Source: Verrucomicrobiales bacterium (GTDB lineage Bacteria; Verrucomicrobiota; Verrucomicrobiia; Verrucomicrobiales; SLCJ01). From it: a stretch of 10,522 nt of DNA. Location of the stretch: the NCBI GenBank assembly GCA_046075565.1, contig JBJTQJ010000079.1, forward strand, positions 1 through 10,522. The letters run 5' to 3'. The notes beneath the pieces were generated by a model, which saw only the letters and a list, made by a program, of their open reading frames with translations, had not been told where the DNA came from and ran no database searches. Shown piece after piece: positions 7,110-10,522 of this stretch; the stretch's first letter is position 1, and each line of letters begins with the position of its first letter. The translations under genes were made by a program, and so were the position numbers.

Positions 7110-7640
7110 TTATCGTGCAACATGCACGACGGCGGTGTCGGAGAACGCGGTTAGGACAAATTGGTTTTCCACCCGGTGTTCCTTCACGGAAAAGTCCACC
7201 TTGTAATCCTGATAGGCGACCTCGGTGGGCGGATCAACAGCGGGAGGGCTGCCGGATTCCTCCCCGCTCTTACTGGAAGTGACTTTGCAAACGTCCCCCG
7301 GCAATGTCTGTGTGGAAACCGGCTCGGCGGCGTCTATGAAGAGCGCGTCCGATGTCTGGTTGTTGATCCACTTGTCGATACCCTCAGAGGTGACCGACTT
7401 GTCGAACAAATGGACTTTGGCGGTGATTGGAAAAGTGGTGTCTTTGTTTCCGATGACCAGGGTGACGACCGCCTTTTCCTCGGTGAATTTATAGAGGATC
7501 TTCGTGCTGGTCTTCCCGATCATACCCGTGCTTACCTCCGACTTCTTCGCCTTTTTGAGGTCGAGCGTGCGGTCGGCGAACAGGGAGGTTGTGGCCAGGG
7601 CCAAGGCCATCAGGACGGCGGCAATTTTTTGAATCTTCAT
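7110..7640 (-). CDS. Secreted hypothetical protein, 176 aa
   Basis: ATG 7640 opens a signal peptide MKIQKIAAVLMALALATTSLFA|DRT; the body has alternating beta-strand patterns and a KWINNQTSDALF block; ends in TAA. No recognisable domain. Confidence 0.82.
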   Translation of the reverse strand: MKIQKIAAVLMALALATTSLFADRTLDLKKAKKSEVSTGMIGKTSTKILYKFTEEKAVVTLVIGNKDTTFPITAKVHLFDKSVTSEGIDKWINNQTSDALFIDAAEPVSTQTLPGDVCKVTSSKSGEESGSPPAVDPPTEVAYQDYKVDFSVKEHRVENQFVLTAFSDTAVVHVAR

Positions 7641-7780
7641 GGGACCATGTTTCGACAAATGTTGCTCGAAAGCAAGACAATCGTGACAAATCGGGTCCGG
7701 AAATTTTCTCCAGCCGCTTTTCTGCTGCACGGCTAGGCATGGCGCGGACCATCACAGGCTCAACTGAAAACCTGAAATCA

Positions 7781-7809
7781 GAACCACGGATGGCACGGAA
7801 AACACGGAT
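7781..7809 (+). repeat. Tandem 9-mer CACGGA(T/A) array; unpaired left arm related to the 6929-7093 element
   Basis: GA-ACCACGGAT-GGCACGGAA-AACACGGAT aligns with GAACCACGAATGGACACGAA (6930-6949) in the same orientation. Confidence 0.65.
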
Positions 7810-7869
7810 ATGGAGGATTTTATGAGAGGAGAGTTCTTCACGCGAAAGGCCCTCGTTCGCGCGGGCAAC

Positions 7870-7899
7870 GGACACGACCCTGCGGGATCGTGTCCCTCC
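7870..7899 (-). repeat. GGAG-type REP-like palindrome
   Basis: Plus strand GGACACGA-CCC-TGC-GGG-A-TCGTGTCC-CTCC forms an 11-bp stem with one bulge; on the minus strand a GGAG tetranucleotide abuts the stem. Confidence 0.65.
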
Positions 7900-7937
7900 G
7901 GGGCTTGTTACGGGTGACATGGCAACTCAAAGATCGG

Positions 7938-8013
7938 TCTGGAGTGTACCACCGGCATCTTGCCGGTGGAGGGACCCAATGCAACAGGCAGGATGCCTGT
8001 TGCACATTCCAGA
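7938..8013. repeat. REPIN-like inverted doublet of GGCA-TC(C/T)-TGCC palindromes
   Basis: TCTGGAGTGTA-CCACCGGCA-TCT-TGCCGGTGG (7938-7969) and its inverted partner TGCAACAGGCA-GGA-TGCCTGTTGCA-CATTCCAGA (7980-8013). Each hairpin is perfect (9 and 11 bp). Confidence 0.8.
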
Positions 8014-8076
8014 GAATGGACGTCGGGGCTCTCTAACCCGCGTGGGTATTCGGCAGCGAGGTCGAGGCGCGAACCA

Positions 8077-8700
8077 TCAATTCACCATCTCGCCCACCGG
8101 AGCAAGCGCCCGGGCACCCCAGGCGATGAGAGCGCCGCAAACGGCGGCTCCGGCGTGGCAGGCGTGCCCGATGGCGATGCCGCCTTCCGGCAACCATGGG
8201 GAAATACCAACAAAAACAATCGACGCGATGAGAACTCCCCAGCCGAGGTATTTTCCTTTCACATCCGCGAGGCGGATCGGGCCTAGTCCGAAACCAATCG
8301 GGCGATCATCCCAGAGAAAAGCGGCGCAGGTGAGCATCGCCATGATGCCACCGGAGATACCGATGAGCAATCCATCCTGCAAAACGACCAACTGGGCCAT
8401 GCCTCCACCGAGGGTTCCGGCTCCGATCACGGCAAGGAAAAAAGCCGAGCCGTAATGGTCGCAGAGATGTTTCCCCACAAACCACAAGCTGATGAGGTTG
8501 AAAAGAGCGTGCCACCACGAACCATGAAGGAACGCATGGGTCAACCATGTCCACCAACGTCCATCGGCGAGCGCCCCGCGGGATAGCCCGTATTCAAGAA
8601 AGAGACTGTCTCTCCACGGCCATCCCGGTCCACTGGTCCAGAAGGCGAGCACGGTCGCCACGGCAAACAGCAAATAGAAAGGCCAGCGGCGGAGAGCCAT
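8077..8700 (-). CDS. Rhomboid family intramembrane serine protease, 207 aa
   Basis: Several hydrophobic segments; GRWWTWLTHAFLHGSWWHALFN (HxxxxHxxxN), catalytic GISG and C-terminal HACHAGA. Start at ATG 8700; the ORF-track extension to 8982 overlaps ilvN. Confidence 0.88.
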   Translation of the reverse strand: MALRRWPFYLLFAVATVLAFWTSGPGWPWRDSLFLEYGLSRGALADGRWWTWLTHAFLHGSWWHALFNLISLWFVGKHLCDHYGSAFFLAVIGAGTLGGGMAQLVVLQDGLLIGISGGIMAMLTCAAFLWDDRPIGFGLGPIRLADVKGKYLGWGVLIASIVFVGISPWLPEGGIAIGHACHAGAAVCGALIAWGARALAPVGEMVN

Positions 8701-8711
8701 GGACTCGCGGA

Positions 8712-9260
8712 TCAAGTCGGTTCGTCGCCACGCGCCATGACGACTTTGCCGGTGCGCACGGTTTCGATGATCTCGTAGTTGCCGAGCATACGCACGGCGG
8801 CATCGACCTTGTCGGAATTGCCCACGATCATGGCGATGAGCGAACTCTCCGTTAGATCGACGGTCTTGCCACCATAGTGTTCGATCACCTGGAGGATCTC
8901 CGTGCGCTGGGCGGCGGGGGCGGAGATTTTCACGAGCACCATTTCGCGCGTGACGGCGCGGGCCGAAGTGTGTTCGGAACAATGGATAACATCGATCAGT
9001 TTGCCTACTTGCAACACGATCTGCTCGAGTCCGTCCGGATCGCCGCTCAGACCGATGGTCATACGCGAGAACTTCGGGTTACGCCCCTGGGAGACGACGA
9101 GCGAATCGATATTGTAGCCGCGGCGGGCGAAGACCTGACAGATGCGCATGAGCACACCCGGCTGGTTGCGCACGAGGATACTGAGCGTGTGGGAATTCGG
9201 AGTCGTGGGCGCGGGTTTGGCGGCCGGCTTCCGATCGGTGGTGATGATTTCCTGGACCAT
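8712..9260 (-). CDS. ilvN: Acetolactate synthase small (regulatory) subunit, IlvN/IlvH type, about 182 aa
   Basis: ACT domain HTLSILVRNQPGVLMRICQVFARRGYNIDSL, KLIDVI, REMVLVKI and C-terminal ETVRTGKVVMARG; lies directly downstream of the large subunit. Confidence 0.93.
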   Translation of the reverse strand: MVQEIITTDRKPAAKPAPTTPNSHTLSILVRNQPGVLMRICQVFARRGYNIDSLVVSQGRNPKFSRMTIGLSGDPDGLEQIVLQVGKLIDVIHCSEHTSARAVTREMVLVKISAPAAQRTEILQVIEHYGGKTVDLTESSLIAMIVGNSDKVDAAVRMLGNYEIIETVRTGKVVMARGDEPT

Positions 9261-9300
9261 GATGGTGGATTGCTGGATGGTTTGGGCAAGGGAAGCGGGA

Positions 9301-10522
9301 TCACGTCGAACCGACGGGCTTTTCCAACTTGCGTTTCGGAGGTTCGATAAGCATGTCTTCGATGGCGGCACCGGCCGGGATCATCGGGAAGACATTTTCC
9401 TTCTTGATACACTCGGCATTGATGAGAACCGGACGATCATTGATCTCAAGCGCCTTTTGGAGCACACGGCGAACGTCGGCCGGGCGTTTGATGCTGAGAC
9501 CGACCGCGCCGTAGGCTTCGGCGATCTTGACGAAGTCGGGGTTGCCAATCAGGTCCACGCCGCTTTCGCGATCCTCGAAAAACAACTCCTGCCATTGGCG
9601 AACCATGCCGAGATAGTGGTTGTTGAGCACGAGAATCTTGATCGGCAGTCGGTGGATGACCGCTGTCGCCAATTCAAAGAGGGTCATCTGGAATCCGCCA
9701 TCACCGACGATACAAGCCACGATGTCTTTCGGGCAAGCGAGTTGGGCACCGATGGCGGCGGGGAATCCGAAGCCCATGGTGCCGGCTCCGCCGGAGCTGA
9801 TCCATTTGAAGCTTTCGTCATTGAGGTAAAACTGCGCGGCCCACATCTGGTGCTGGCCGACATCGGTGCTGATGATGGCTTTCCCTTTGGTGAGTTTGTA
9901 GAATTCGTCGATCACGTGCTGCATGCGCAGTCCGCCCTGCTTCTTATAGTGAAGCGGAAACTTCTTCTTGTAGCCATCGAGATGGGTCAGCCACTCGCCC
10001 GAGTCGAGGCGGCTCACCCGCTTGTTCAGCTCGGTCAAAGCGGCACGGGCATCACCGGTGATGGCGACGTCCACCTTGATCATCTTGTTCATCTCGGCGG
10101 CATCGATATCAATGTGGATGATTTTCGCGTTGCGCCCGAACATGTGCGCTTTGCCGATGATGCGATCGTCGAAACGGGAGCCGACATTGAGAATGAGGTC
10201 ACACTCGACGATGGCTTTGTTGGCATAGGCGGTGCCGTGCATGCCGAGCATCCCGAGGGAAAGCGCGTGAGTTTCGGGGAAAACCCCCTTGCCGAGCAGC
10301 GTGTTCGTCACGGGAGCGCCGAGCGTTTCCGCCAACTGGCGCAACTCCTGGTCGGCCCGCGCGATCATGGCACCATGTCCGGCGAGGATGAGAGGTTTAC
10401 GCGAGGCGCGCAGGAGTTGGACCGCGGTGTCGATGGCGTCCAGATCGATGTTGAAGGATTCTTCCGGATGGTAACCGGGCAAATCCATGTCCTCGTCAAA
10501 GTCACCGGTGAAAGCACCGGAG
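9301..10522 (-). CDS. ilvB: Acetolactate synthase large subunit, biosynthetic type (5'-truncated by window edge)
   Basis: [44 protein letters not shown] and the ThDP motif GDGGFQM...[13 protein letters not shown]. The frame stays open past 10488 to the window end. Confidence 0.96.
   Translation of the reverse strand, partial: SGAFTGDFDEDMDLPGYHPEESFNIDLDAIDTAVQLLRASRKPLILAGHGAMIARADQELRQLAETLGAPVTNTLLGKGVFPETHALSLGMLGMHGTAYANKAIVECDLILNVGSRFDDRIIGKAHMFGRNAKIIHIDIDAAEMNKMIKVDVAITGDARAALTELNKRVSRLDSGEWLTHLDGYKKKFPLHYKKQGGLRMQHVIDEFYKLTKGKAIISTDVGQHQMWAAQFYLNDESFKWISSGGAGTMGFGFPAAIGAQLACPKDIVACIVGDGGFQMTLFELATAVIHRLPIKILVLNNHYLGMVRQWQELFFEDRESGVDLIGNPDFVKIAEAYGAVGLSIKRPADVRRVLQKALEINDRPVLINAECIKKENVFPMIPAGAAIEDMLIEPPKRKLEKPVGST

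Noticed and set aside
7919..8455. Plus-strand ORFs 7919-8455 and 7960-8286
   Set aside because: They begin in the REP-like doublet and run antisense to the rhomboid gene.

Overview
GC-rich bacterial chromosomal window; gene style and repeat types suggest Verrucomicrobiota/PVC (inference). Left: minus-strand aroA-cmk-plsC operon with ATGA stop/start overlaps. Middle: plus-strand run of a secreted hypothetical protein, L-rhamnose isomerase (rhaA) and an S1 (formylglycine) sulfatase. The sulfatase really starts at 5590 and carries one in-frame TAG at codon 18, inside its signal peptide. Right: a second secreted hypothetical protein and a minus-strand ilvB(partial)-ilvN-rhomboid protease cluster. 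Three intergenic regions (1-432, 6913-7109, 7741-8076) are densely packed with several different families of short palindromic or inverted repeats: REP/REPIN-like doublets showing compensatory changes, and a MITE-like element built from tandem CACG(A/G)AT units. No transposase, tRNA, rRNA or CRISPR array is visible.
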